The notes: generated by a model not told the origin, from the letters alone. Counted from the first letter of the stretch, positions 1-8,001 are shown. The stretch is 32,000 bases of DNA from Wolbachia endosymbiont of Cimex lectularius (GCF_000829315.1 NZ_AP013028.1:540001-572000), one strand, 5' to 3'. Translations and numbers: made by a program.

Positions 1-182
1 TCTGGATAATCAACTCCAAAAATATCAACTAATAGTTCAAACCTGCATTTCTCATCATCACGTAGAAAGAGTAAGTGATTTTCAATATCATCTAAAGCTG
101 AATACATTACAATAGTACCATCACCTTGCTGAATGCACTTACATTTAGTCTTTTTTTGTATATGTTTTACAGTTTTATCCAT
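1..182 (-). CDS. nuoC: NADH-quinone oxidoreductase subunit C, first 60 codons (gene runs off the window start)
   Basis: The minus-strand frame reads [60 protein letters not shown], and the LRDD..F..L.D.FGVDYP block is NuoC-like. The ATG at 182-180 overlaps the nuoB stop (ATGGATAA). It follows nuoA-nuoB in canonical order. It is absent from the ORF track because it is truncated. Confidence 0.8.
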   Translation of the reverse strand, partial: MDKTVKHIQKKTKCKCIQQGDGTIVMYSALDDIENHLLFLRDDEKCRFELLVDIFGVDYP

Positions 183-690
183 GTTGTATATTCTGAGTTC
201 GTTTTATTTTATTTTGTAAGCATAGCATTCCATATAACAACGCCTCAGCGGTTGGTGGGCATCCAGGAACATACACATCAACTGGTACAATTCTATCACA
301 ACCACGGACTACTGAGTAGGAGTAATGATAATAACCACCACCATTTGCGCAACTGCCCATGGATACAACATACTTCGGATCTGCCATTTGGTCGTAAACC
401 TTACGCAACGCCGCTGCCATTTTGTTAGTTAGTGTACCGGCAACAATCATAACGTCCGCTTGCCTTGGACTTGCACGAAACATTATACCATATCTATCAA
501 GATCGTAACGACTGGATGCAGTGTGCATCATCTCCACTGCACAACATGCAAGACCAAATGTCATTGGCCACAATGAACCAGATCTTGCCCAATTCATTAT
601 ATAATCTATTAAATCACCAAATTTAGTGACAAGAAACCCTTCTTTCTTATAACGACCCCAATCATCATTAGATAGAATTTGACCCGTCAT
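175..690 (-). CDS. nuoB: NADH-quinone oxidoreductase subunit B
   Basis: 171-aa ORF with NuoB/PSST hallmarks: [23 protein letters not shown] and VPGCPP (Fe-S cluster N2 cysteines). Confidence 0.97.
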   Translation of the reverse strand: MTGQILSNDDWGRYKKEGFLVTKFGDLIDYIMNWARSGSLWPMTFGLACCAVEMMHTASSRYDLDRYGIMFRASPRQADVMIVAGTLTNKMAAALRKVYDQMADPKYVVSMGSCANGGGYYHYSYSVVRGCDRIVPVDVYVPGCPPTAEALLYGMLCLQNKIKRTQNIQHG

Positions 691-694
691 AAAC

Positions 695-1048
695 TTACTC
701 CCATTCTAACGCACCTTTACACCATTCATAGATAAAGCCTATAGTGAGTATTGCAAGAAATATCATCATAGACCAAAATCCACAATAACTTATTTTAGAT
801 AAAGAAACAGCCCAAGGAAAAAGAAAAGCAATTTCTAAGTCAAATATTATAAATAATATTGAAACTAAGTAAAACTTAATGTCAAAATTTTTTCTTGCTC
901 TTGATAGAGGATTGAAGCCGCACTCATATGTTGAAAGTTTTTCGCTATCAGGATTGCTCACTGCAAGAAACATCGGCAATACGCCCAGGGTAAGAGATAC
1001 TATGATTGATACGCAGATAAAAATTACTATGGTTAAATATTCACTCAT
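695..1048 (-). CDS. nuoA: NADH-quinone oxidoreductase subunit A
   Basis: 117-aa protein with three TM segments and the YECGF..........F...FY...ILF.IFD.E motif. It lies 4 nt upstream of nuoB. Confidence 0.9.
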   Translation of the reverse strand: MSEYLTIVIFICVSIIVSLTLGVLPMFLAVSNPDSEKLSTYECGFNPLSRARKNFDIKFYLVSILFIIFDLEIAFLFPWAVSLSKISYCGFWSMMIFLAILTIGFIYEWCKGALEWE

Positions 1049-1073
1049 TTAACAAAATATATAGAAAGCAACA

Positions 1074-1442
1074 CTACAAACTTACATGCTTTCCTAATCT
1101 TTTGCCACCTAAAATATGCATGTGAAAGTGTGGTATAACTTGTTCTCCATTTTCACCGTAGTTAGTAACTAATCTGTACCCTGTTTTTTCTAGATTATAC
1201 TTATGTGTTATCTCTCTTACAGTTTTAAAGAAACTTACTATCTCCTCTGCAGAGGCTTTTAGAATAAAGTCGTCATATGAAATATATTGACTTTTTGGTA
1301 CAACTAAAATATGAACTGGTGCGTCAGGATATTTATCATAAAACGCCAACACACCCTCATTTTCATGCACCTTCTCACAAGGCAGCTCACCCCTTAATAT
1401 CTGAGCAAAAATGTTACCATCATCGTAATTGTCATTGTGCAT
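1074..1442 (-). CDS. HIT-family (histidine triad) nucleotide hydrolase
   Basis: 122-aa ORF ending in the histidine-triad motif HFHMHILGG, with N-terminal IFAQILRGELPCEKV typical of HinT-like proteins. Confidence 0.9.
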   Translation of the reverse strand: MHNDNYDDGNIFAQILRGELPCEKVHENEGVLAFYDKYPDAPVHILVVPKSQYISYDDFILKASAEEIVSFFKTVREITHKYNLEKTGYRLVTNYGENGEQVIPHFHMHILGGKRLGKHVSL

Positions 1443-1445
1443 ATT

Positions 1446-2435
1446 TTAAAAGCGAAGTTTCTCCTCTCTTTTCCCCTCTCCTTTTTCATTTCTTATAGCA
1501 GATGTAAGTGGTGATTCTATCTTTTCACCAGGGGGGACGTCCTTGAAATTAACAGCACCCTCCAATCCTTCTGCTTGCTCTTTGACATCTTGTAATAACC
1601 GCATACTTTTTATAGGAGATATAGTTTCTTTACCAAAAGGAAAATCGTTAGGATTAGTTATGCCAAAATGCTTTTCATCATCTGTACCTTTAACAGTTTC
1701 TGAAGAATTCATAGTGTTTGATGGCTTTTTAGGTACTGCAGTTTCTGACAATCTGCTATCATATTCCTTATACAATTTTTCCGCAATACCATGTAGCAAT
1801 TTTCGGTCTGTGTGACGTTCCAACTCTCCACCGATGATTCCTGCCAGATCTTTGAGATTGCGATCAACTTCACCATAAATCCCTTTAAGAACAAGCCTTT
1901 TTATCTCTTCTGGGCTCTTTCCTTTGTGTTCAGGATCGTTTTTAATATTGTTGGTAATTTCCTTAACATCAACTTCAATTACAACTTTGTTTTCTTCTTT
2001 AAAAATAGCTATGCTTGAATACTTGTTTTTCTTATTTAGTTCTTCTATTTTACCTAATTGTTCTGGCGTCAAATAAGGTATATCCCCCGTCAAAGTTTTT
2101 GACGCTAAAAACTTTATTTTTCCATCCTTATGGCTTATTATTTTTATGCCGAGATTCTTGCTAGCTTGTGTAGTTTCTATAGGTGGGTCATACTCTTCAG
2201 TTGGGTTTCCAATAACATAATTCCAACCATTTTTTATGTCATGCCGCATTTCACCAAAGGACTTGAACCAATTTTTTGGCTGTATAGGGTATATTATACC
2301 ATAACCTAGAGCTTTTCCATCCCTACCCAAAAATCCTCCTACTCCTGAAACTGTGTTACCAATTTTAGCTAATATAGAAATAGGCTTTTTGCTTGAAACA
2401 TCTTCTTTATCATTTGGTCCCATATATACCCCCAA
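1446..2435 (-). CDS. Hypothetical protein (329 aa, charged and Lys/Glu-rich, no recognisable domain)
   Basis: Long uninterrupted ORF. Its stop is 3 nt before the HIT gene start, so co-transcription is likely. I recognise no motif, signal peptide or TM segment. Confidence 0.6.
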   Translation of the reverse strand: MGVYMGPNDKEDVSSKKPISILAKIGNTVSGVGGFLGRDGKALGYGIIYPIQPKNWFKSFGEMRHDIKNGWNYVIGNPTEEYDPPIETTQASKNLGIKIISHKDGKIKFLASKTLTGDIPYLTPEQLGKIEELNKKNKYSSIAIFKEENKVVIEVDVKEITNNIKNDPEHKGKSPEEIKRLVLKGIYGEVDRNLKDLAGIIGGELERHTDRKLLHGIAEKLYKEYDSRLSETAVPKKPSNTMNSSETVKGTDDEKHFGITNPNDFPFGKETISPIKSMRLLQDVKEQAEGLEGAVNFKDVPPGEKIESPLTSAIRNEKGEGKREEKLRF

Positions 2436-2606
2436 AGTACTTTAACACTAAATACTATAGTGTATTCCTATTATAAATGAAAACATTTAAACTTCTATAT
2501 CCATTATAAGATGAATTTATAGGGATTGCAACTATTATTTACAAATTTTCTTAAGCATGTAGTATTTTCGCTACTTTTATTGTTCAATTTACTTTAAGGC
2601 TAAATT

Positions 2607-3983
2607 ATGTTCAAGTGGAACGCAAGTAATATCATCGATGCTACTGGCGGAAGAGAAGTGGGTAGTTGTAATTGGGTACATAGCTCGAATATTTCAACAG
2701 ATACAAGAAGCATAAAAGAAGGTGATGTGTTTATTGCACTTAAAGGGAAGAACTTTGATGGGCATGATTTTTTACATGAAGCATTTTTAAAAGGGGCAGC
2801 AGCCGCAGTAGTAAGCGAAGGCAAATATAGAAATCTTCCTCTAATTGTTGTGCAAGATACTCCCAAAGCTTTGCATGATATAGCATCATATTACGTTAGA
2901 AATGTTCTTGTTAATGCTAAAGTTATTGCAATCACAGGTAGTGTCGGGAAAACCACTACAAAGGACATGCTGCACACTGTTTTATCGCAATATGGAGTGT
3001 CTCATGTAAACGAAGGGAACTTGAATAATAATATAGGATTGCCTTTGACAGTTCTGAAAGCTCCGGAAAGTTGCCAGTACTTAATTCTTGAAATGGGGAT
3101 GAACAAAGCTGGTGAAATAAAAGAGTTATCGAAGATTAGTAATCCTGATATCGCGGTTATCACAAACGTAGAACCTGCACATGTTGAGAATTTTTCGTTG
3201 CTACTTGATATCGCACAAGCAAAATTGGAAGTTCTGTATGGCATGAAAAATAACGGCACTTTGGTTTTGAACAGAGATAATAAATATCATGACTATCTCT
3301 CATCGCATGCCAATAGAGATGTAATAAGTTTTGGTAAAGATAGAAGCGCTACTGTACATTTATTAGGCCTAATAAGAGACAATGGCGGGCTGAATTTAAA
3401 AATTAGACTGAATAATAATCTGATCATAGACTGTAGTTTACCTGCGCAAGGCGAACATTTTGCATACTCTGTGTTGGCTGTTGCAGCAGTTGTACAAAGT
3501 CTCGGACTTGATTTGTCGAAATTACCATTTGCACTTGAGAATTTTAGTGTAACCAAAGGTAGAGGCAGTGTTCACAAAGCTAAATACAATGGGAAAAACG
3601 TATATTTGATTGATGATTCTTATAACGCCAATCCTGCTTCAATGAAAGCTGCAATAAGGACTTTAGGTACATATTCTAATCAGAGGAAAGTGGCACTGCT
3701 TGGCGATATGCTAGAACTTGGTAATGAAAGCGTAGCATTTCATACGAAGCTGCTTGATTTTATCGTAGAATGTGGTGTGAGTAAAGTTTATACGGTCGGT
3801 AAATTTATGTTAGAATTGCACAGGCTTTTGCCAAGCAATATAAAAGGCACGCATTTTAATGACCCTAATCAGTTGAAAAGTGATTTAGCTAATATTGTTC
3901 AGAATAATGATGTAATTTTAGTAAAAGGCTCACGTGGAATGAAAATGGATCTTATAGTACAGAGATTCATAATAGAATATTAA
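2607..3983 (+). CDS. murF: UDP-N-acetylmuramoyl-tripeptide--D-alanyl-D-alanine ligase
   Basis: 458-aa Mur ligase with P-loop ITGSVGKTTTKDM, the DDSYNANP motif and a C-terminal LVKGSRGMKM block typical of MurF. Confidence 0.93.
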   Translation: MFKWNASNIIDATGGREVGSCNWVHSSNISTDTRSIKEGDVFIALKGKNFDGHDFLHEAFLKGAAAAVVSEGKYRNLPLIVVQDTPKALHDIASYYVRNVLVNAKVIAITGSVGKTTTKDMLHTVLSQYGVSHVNEGNLNNNIGLPLTVLKAPESCQYLILEMGMNKAGEIKELSKISNPDIAVITNVEPAHVENFSLLLDIAQAKLEVLYGMKNNGTLVLNRDNKYHDYLSSHANRDVISFGKDRSATVHLLGLIRDNGGLNLKIRLNNNLIIDCSLPAQGEHFAYSVLAVAAVVQSLGLDLSKLPFALENFSVTKGRGSVHKAKYNGKNVYLIDDSYNANPASMKAAIRTLGTYSNQRKVALLGDMLELGNESVAFHTKLLDFIVECGVSKVYTVGKFMLELHRLLPSNIKGTHFNDPNQLKSDLANIVQNNDVILVKGSRGMKMDLIVQRFIIEY

Positions 3984-4031
3984 ATAAAACTACTGTATTA
4001 ATTTAGGGTTAAGTTATTAGAAGTTTTAATC

Positions 4032-4981
4032 GTGACAAAACGTATAGTTATTTTTGGTGGAACAGGGTTTATAGGAAAACACATCGTAAGACGCCTGGCA
4101 GCAGCGGGGTATTTAATAAGAATATTTACTCGTGACCGGGAAAAAGCTGCTTGCCTGAAGCTATGTGGAAATTTAGGGCAAATATCAGTACTTAAAGGCG
4201 ATTTTTTTAATGAAAAATCAATTTTGGAAAGTATGGAGGAATGTGATGCAGTCATAAACTTAGTAGGAAATTATATGAGACAAAAAAGCATGATTTCTAC
4301 GCCATTCATGTTAGCATAGCTGAAAGAATAGCAAGAGCTGCAAAAATAAAAAATGTACCCATGATGATACATTTTTCTGCTATGGGGATAGAAAATAGCA
4401 AGCTGTCAAAATATGCTCAAAGTAAATTGGAAGGCGAAAAAGCTGTAACTTCAGCATTTCCAGAAGCAATAATAATTAGGCCCAGCCTTGTATTTGGCAA
4501 AGAAGATAGTTTCTTTAATAAATTTGCGAAGTTAGCGACAATTCTTCCTTTTTTGCCGCTAATTGGCAGTGGAACAACTAAATTTCAGCCGATATGTGTA
4601 ACCGATCTAGCTGAAGTGGTATATCGTATCATCAACCTTAACAAAAAAGATAAGAAAATCTACAATATAGGCGGACCAAAGATCTATTCTTTCAAAAGCC
4701 TATTAAAGTTTATTTTGAATGTTACTAACAGAAAGTGCTTGTTAGTCAATGTATCTTTCCCAATGGCCAAGTTAATAGCTTTTTTCCTAGAAAGTAGGAT
4801 CATTTCTATGTTACTAAAGCCTATAACCGGTGGTGCAAGCCCCATGCTTACTCGAGATCAGGTGAAAGTTATGATGAGTAGCTCAATCGAAAAATCAACT
4901 GACCTTGAAACAATAAAAATCCGTCCAGTGTCAATTGAAAATATAGTGCCAGAATATTTGAAGGTTTATAGAAAGTATTGA
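4032..4981 (+). pseudogene. NDUFA9-like NAD-dependent epimerase/dehydratase (complex I 39-kDa subunit-like), split by a 1-nt frameshift
   Basis: ORF 4032-4319 carries the Rossmann motif VIFGGTGFIGKHIV. The -1 frame continues from about 4271 as LYETKKHDFYAIHVSIAERIARAAKIKNVPMMIHFSAMG and joins ORF 4361-4981. The two halves together make one colinear protein. The break lies near GGAAATTATAT at 4266-4276. Confidence 0.8.
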
Positions 4982-4984
4982 GTA

Positions 4985-5058
4985 GAAAGCGTGGCAGGTG
5001 TTGCAAAAGGATTTAAAATTGGCAAGACAGCTTTATATGAGTGGAAAAAAAGACGTAA
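4985..5058 (+). other. Possible helix-turn-helix fragment of a transposase or small DNA-binding protein, cut by IS copy 1
   Basis: It reads ESVAGVAKGFKIGKTALYEWKKRRK, matching the pattern (I/V)A..F.I...T.Y.W.K of IS630/IS3-type N-terminal HTH domains. It ends exactly at the IS target duplication. No search was possible. Confidence 0.3.
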
Positions 5059-5918
5059 GAACCTGTTTAAAATCTTCGTAACAGGAGAGAAATGAAGGAG
5101 AGGACTATCATCTGTAAGCTAGTGTTGAGCTTCCGCTCGCAATTTTTCCACAATCGCCTGCACTTTTCTAACCAGGCAAAAGAGCGTTCAACAACCCATC
5201 TTTTTGGCAATACGACGAAAGTGTGTAACTCACTTCGCTTTATTACTTCAACAGTCGCACCAATGATAGCTTTTATTTGTGTTGCAAAATTTTCTCCTGT
5301 GTAGCCAGCATCAACCAGTATGTTTTTAACTTCAGAGAGGTTTGCTTTAGCATTTTCGACCATTTTCACAGCACTGCTACGGTCAGTTGCTTCTGCCGTT
5401 GTTACATAAATTGCATGTGGCAAACCTTGTGTATCAACTGCAATATGGCGCTTTATCCCTGAAATCTTTTTACCTGCATCATAGCCTTTTTTTTCAGCAG
5501 TATCTGCGTTTTTAACGCTTTGAGAATCAATTATACAAAAGCTAGTTTTCTCTTTCCGACCATTGCTGATACGGACCTCTCCAACTAATTTTTTTTAAGA
5601 CTAATTCCAACAAGCTTGGCTCTTCTCCATTCTTTTTACTCCACACTCGAAAATAGTAATATACGCTTTCCCATCTTGGAAAACCCTTTGGTAACATCCT
5701 CCACTGACAACCACTTTTTAAGACGTACAACACCCCACAAAATACGTCATACAAATCAAGTTTTCTTGGTTTTGTTTTCTGCTTGCTACTCTCCAAAATT
5801 GGCCTGATTTTTTCAAACTGCTCTTGACTTATATTACTTGGATAACTTTTCTGCATAGACACCTCATTATTAATCTATGCTTACTTTACCTCACATTTCC
5901 AAGATTTTAAACAGGTTC
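5059..5918 (-). mobile_element. IS5-family insertion sequence, copy 1 (860 bp)
   Basis: 18-bp perfect terminal inverted repeats GAACCTGTTTAAAATCTT. 3-bp direct repeats TAA at 5056-5058 and 5919-5921. It encodes an orfA/orfB DDE transposase. Copies at 13858-14717 and 21044-21904 are essentially identical. Confidence 0.92.
5067..5862 (-). CDS. IS5-family DDE transposase, orfA (5542-5862) plus orfB (5067 to about 5594), joined through an A8 run
   Basis: orfA contains ..YDVFCGVLYVLKSGCQWRMLPKGFPRWESVYYYFRVW.., a DUF4096/IS5-type N-terminus. The orfB frame reads LVGEVRISNGRKEKTSFCIIDSQSVKNADTAEKKGYDAGKKISGIKRHIAVDTQGLPHAIYVTTAEATD...LVDAGYTG...VVERSFAWLEKCRRL, which supplies the D, D and E residues. 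orfB lies +1 relative to orfA, with stops closing both frames around the A8 run (T8 on plus strand, 5589-5596). Confidence 0.85.
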
Positions 5919-5954
5919 TAAGGAAACAGGAGATTTTTGGTCAAAAAAGAGACG

Positions 5955-6482
5955 AAAAAACTGCTTGACAACTTTCGCCGTTACCCTTATCATATTATTG
6001 AAGCTATTATTTATCTTCAGTCTATGCAGATAAAACGACAAAAAACTCAATGTACTTGGCGTCTCATGTTTAATTTTTTGCACTATGTGCACCTCATGTC
6101 TTTATAAACTTTCAAGGTTTTTACCTAATATAAGCTAAAATGCGCTTGTTAAAGCATTTAAGACAGTAAAAAACGCCAATTTAAAAGATAGATAGTGAAT
6201 AAATAGCTAACGGGGTTTCTTTTGCCTTTTGTCTGTTTAGTAAATTTCTTAACGTTTAAATTTAGATCAGTTGCGGTTTAAAAGCAGCTAGATTAGACGT
6301 TTAGAATAAAAAAACGCCAATTTATAAAGTTAATATAAATAATTAGCCACCAACGGGGTTTCTTTCGCCTTTTTTTTGCTTGGTAAATTTTTTAATATTT
6401 ATAGCTAAAGCAATTGTAAGAGCACACAAAAAACGCCAGTATTTAAAATGATTGTCCTTTTTCTAGGTTATGCGAGAAGTTT
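5955..6482 (+). repeat. Non-coding repeat R1 (family R, 3 copies in the window)
   Basis: It is colinear with 13822-13857 plus 14721-15136, and with the reverse complement of 21908-22135. Shared blocks include AAGCTATTATTTATCTTCAGTCT, GTTTAATTTTTTGCACTATGTGCAC, CGCTT.T.A...TTTAAGACA and AAAAACGCCAAT. It ends on AGGTTATGCGAGAAGT, as R2 does. No frame is conserved and open across the copies. Confidence 0.8.
5965..5993 (+). promoter_or_regulatory. Sigma70-like promoter at the 5' end of R1 (TTGACA-17 nt-TATCAT)
   Basis: TTGACA at 5965-5970, a 17-nt spacer, then TATCAT at 5988-5993. The same position in R2 and R3 reads TTGACA-17-TATAAT. Confidence 0.4.
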
Positions 6483-6684
6483 AATCCCTTTTTTTCAAAA
6501 AACATTTCCAGTAAAAGCACCGTGTCAATCAATGTCACAAAAGATTTAATTATTTACTTTCTTTTTAAACATATGTAAAGTAAGAATGTACTATTATTAT
6601 AACAAAGTTAGATATATTAGTTGACATTTAAACGCAGTGAGGTAGAGTATTACTGTAGGTTTTATGGTTATGTTGTAATTAGTA

Positions 6685-6758
6685 TGGGACTAGTGCGATT
6701 CGAACGCACGGCCTTCGGATTAGGAATCCAACGCTCTATCCTACTGAGCTATAGTCCC
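6685..6758 (-). tRNA. tRNA-Arg (anticodon CCT)
   Basis: The reverse complement folds as a cloverleaf. Acceptor GGGACTA/TAGTCCC, D arm GCTC-AGTAGGATA-GAGC, anticodon arm TTGGA-TTCCTAA-TCCGA, variable AGGCC, T arm GTGCG-TTCGAAT-CGCAC, discriminator A. CCA is not encoded. Confidence 0.93.
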
Positions 6759-6903
6759 GTGTTTTCTATTATCTGCACAAAATCATAGCAAAAAATCTCG
6801 TACTTTTCTAGATCTCCTGCATCACCAATTTATAATAACAAAAAACATTTCTGTATATTTCTTGAGTATAATGCTATTATATTTAACAATATGGTTTAAA
6901 TTG

Positions 6904-7680
6904 ATGCTAGTTAACAACATTAGTTATTCCTATAACAGTCAAGACGATTTCGCTTTAAGCAACATAAATATTGAGGTAAAGAGAGGAAATGTCATATGTC
7001 TACTGGGACATTCGGGTTGCGGCAAGTCAACGATTTTAAAATTAATTGCAGGGATAGAAAATCCAAAATCTGGCACCATTTTTATAAATGATAGGCTAGT
7101 TGCAAGTAGCCACACATCAATTGCAATAGAGCATAGGAATGTCGGATTGATTTTTCAACATTCTGCTCTATTTCCTCACAAAACAGTAGTAGAGAATATA
7201 ACTTTTGCTATTCGTAGCTCCTCCAAAAAAGCAAAGTATCTCACTGCATTGCAAATTTTGAAGCTATTAAACATAGAAAAATATGAAAATATGTATCCTA
7301 ATGCCCTATCGGGAGGGCAGCAACAATTAGTTGCAATAGCGAGAGTAATGGCACAAAATCCTGATGTTGTGTTGCTCGATGAACCATTTTCTAACTTAGA
7401 TATACTGTCAAAGTGCCGAATAAGACATCATATATTGTCCCTTTTTAGAAGTAAAAATACCCCCGTGTTAATGGTAACTCACGATCCGCAAGAAGCATTA
7501 AAAGTCGCAGATTTTATCTACGTAATGAAAAGCGGTAAAATTATCCAATCAGGAGTTTCCAGTGATATATATCATAGTCCTAAAGATCATACGCTAGCAA
7601 AGTTCTTTAGTGAGTTCTCTTCTGCTTTGCAGTTAGGTGATGAGCTTCCGTTTGATGGTATACTTGCTGTAAGAAAATAA
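6904..7680 (+). CDS. ABC transporter ATP-binding protein (FbpC/PotA-type importer ATPase)
   Basis: Walker A GHSGCGKST, signature LSGGQQQLVAIARV, Walker B VVLLDEPFSNLD and H-loop VTHD. I prefer the ATG at 6904 (MLVNNISYSY) over the TTG at 6862 given in the track. Confidence 0.9.
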   Translation: MLVNNISYSYNSQDDFALSNINIEVKRGNVICLLGHSGCGKSTILKLIAGIENPKSGTIFINDRLVASSHTSIAIEHRNVGLIFQHSALFPHKTVVENITFAIRSSSKKAKYLTALQILKLLNIEKYENMYPNALSGGQQQLVAIARVMAQNPDVVLLDEPFSNLDILSKCRIRHHILSLFRSKNTPVLMVTHDPQEALKVADFIYVMKSGKIIQSGVSSDIYHSPKDHTLAKFFSEFSSALQLGDELPFDGILAVRK

Positions 7681-7725
7681 TCTAGTCTGAAATTATTATA
7701 AAATAGAACCAAACACTAAAAAATT

Positions 7726-7755
7726 TTGATCTATAACTAAATAAGGTGATATAAT
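7726..7755 (+). promoter_or_regulatory. Candidate promoter for tatA (TTGATC-18 nt-TATAAT)
   Basis: TTGATC at 7726-7731 and TATAAT at 7750-7755, about 65 nt upstream of the tatA start. Such hexamers are common by chance in AT-rich DNA. Confidence 0.3.
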
Positions 7756-7819
7756 TGATGTGTTACTTGACTTCAGTCAGTCTCAATTTCTAAAAGTTAA
7801 TATTTTAAATGAGGTGCAA

Positions 7820-7987
7820 ATGAGCTTAGGACCATGGCAATTGTTTCTAGTCTTAATAATAATCTTAGTTCTGTTTGGTGCAGGTAGGTTACCACAAGTT
7901 ATGGGTGATCTGGGAAAAGGCATTAAAAACCTTAAACAAGAACTTAAGGACTCAGAGAAACTATCATCTAACGAGCCGGATCGTTAG
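7820..7987 (+). CDS. tatA: Twin-arginine translocase subunit TatA/E
   Basis: [39 protein letters not shown] matches the TatA TM helix plus amphipathic helix (the FG..KLP..G..LG motif). GAGGTG lies 6 nt upstream of the ATG at 7820. The track's upstream start at 7760 is unlikely. Confidence 0.9.
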   Translation: MSLGPWQLFLVLIIILVLFGAGRLPQVMGDLGKGIKNLKQELKDSEKLSSNEPDR

Positions 7988-8001
7988 CGTCTTTATACTT
8001 T

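Noticed and set aside
126-428. Antisense or shadow ORFs listed in the track. Examples: 126-428, 1277-1498, 1543-2018, 2600-2866, 3002-3556, 3998-4255, 8417-8731, 9193-9531, 12944-13138, 17103-17477, 17661-17864, 18196-18444, 18877-19074, 19782-20714, 22656-23429, 24913-25146, 25520-25702, 26598-26789, 27294-27524, 29645-29980 and 30742-31062. The small ORFs inside the IS copies belong here too.
   Set aside because: Each lies fully opposite or inside a well-supported gene. They have low-complexity, Ser/Phe/Leu/Cys-rich composition, as expected from translating AT-rich antisense sequence, and no recognisable motifs.
5961-5975. Possible terminal inverted repeats of R (CTNCTTGACAAC(C/T)T at the 5' end versus the reverse complement of the 3' end, AGACTTCTTGCATAACCT), which would make R a MITE.
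   Set aside because: Only about 10-11 of 15 positions match and a gap is needed. No flanking target duplications are visible, and the R3 3' end cannot be defined. This is insufficient evidence.
5907-6092. 61-aa minus-strand ORF spanning the IS copy 1 end, its flank and R1.
   Set aside because: It crosses an IS boundary and a target duplication, so it cannot predate the insertion. The equivalent frame is not open in R2 or R3.
6168-6450. CRISPR-like array suggested by the regularly spaced AAAAACGCCAAT and GGGGTTTCTTTTGCC blocks.
   Set aside because: The repeat period is 120-140 bp with only two and a half units. The units are imperfect and share the intervening sequence too. There are no cas genes, so this is a tandem module structure and not a CRISPR array.
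6809-6822. 14-nt identity TAGATCTCCTGCAT shared by 6809-6822 (next to tRNA-Arg) and 20734-20747 (the iscS stop region). It resembles the reverse complement of the AGGTTATGCAGGAGATCT-like end of R, and so looked like possible solo R ends.
   Set aside because: For about 10^9 position pairs in a 32-kb window on both strands, several exact 14-mers are expected by chance. Flanking similarity is minimal, so it is not treated as a repeat end.
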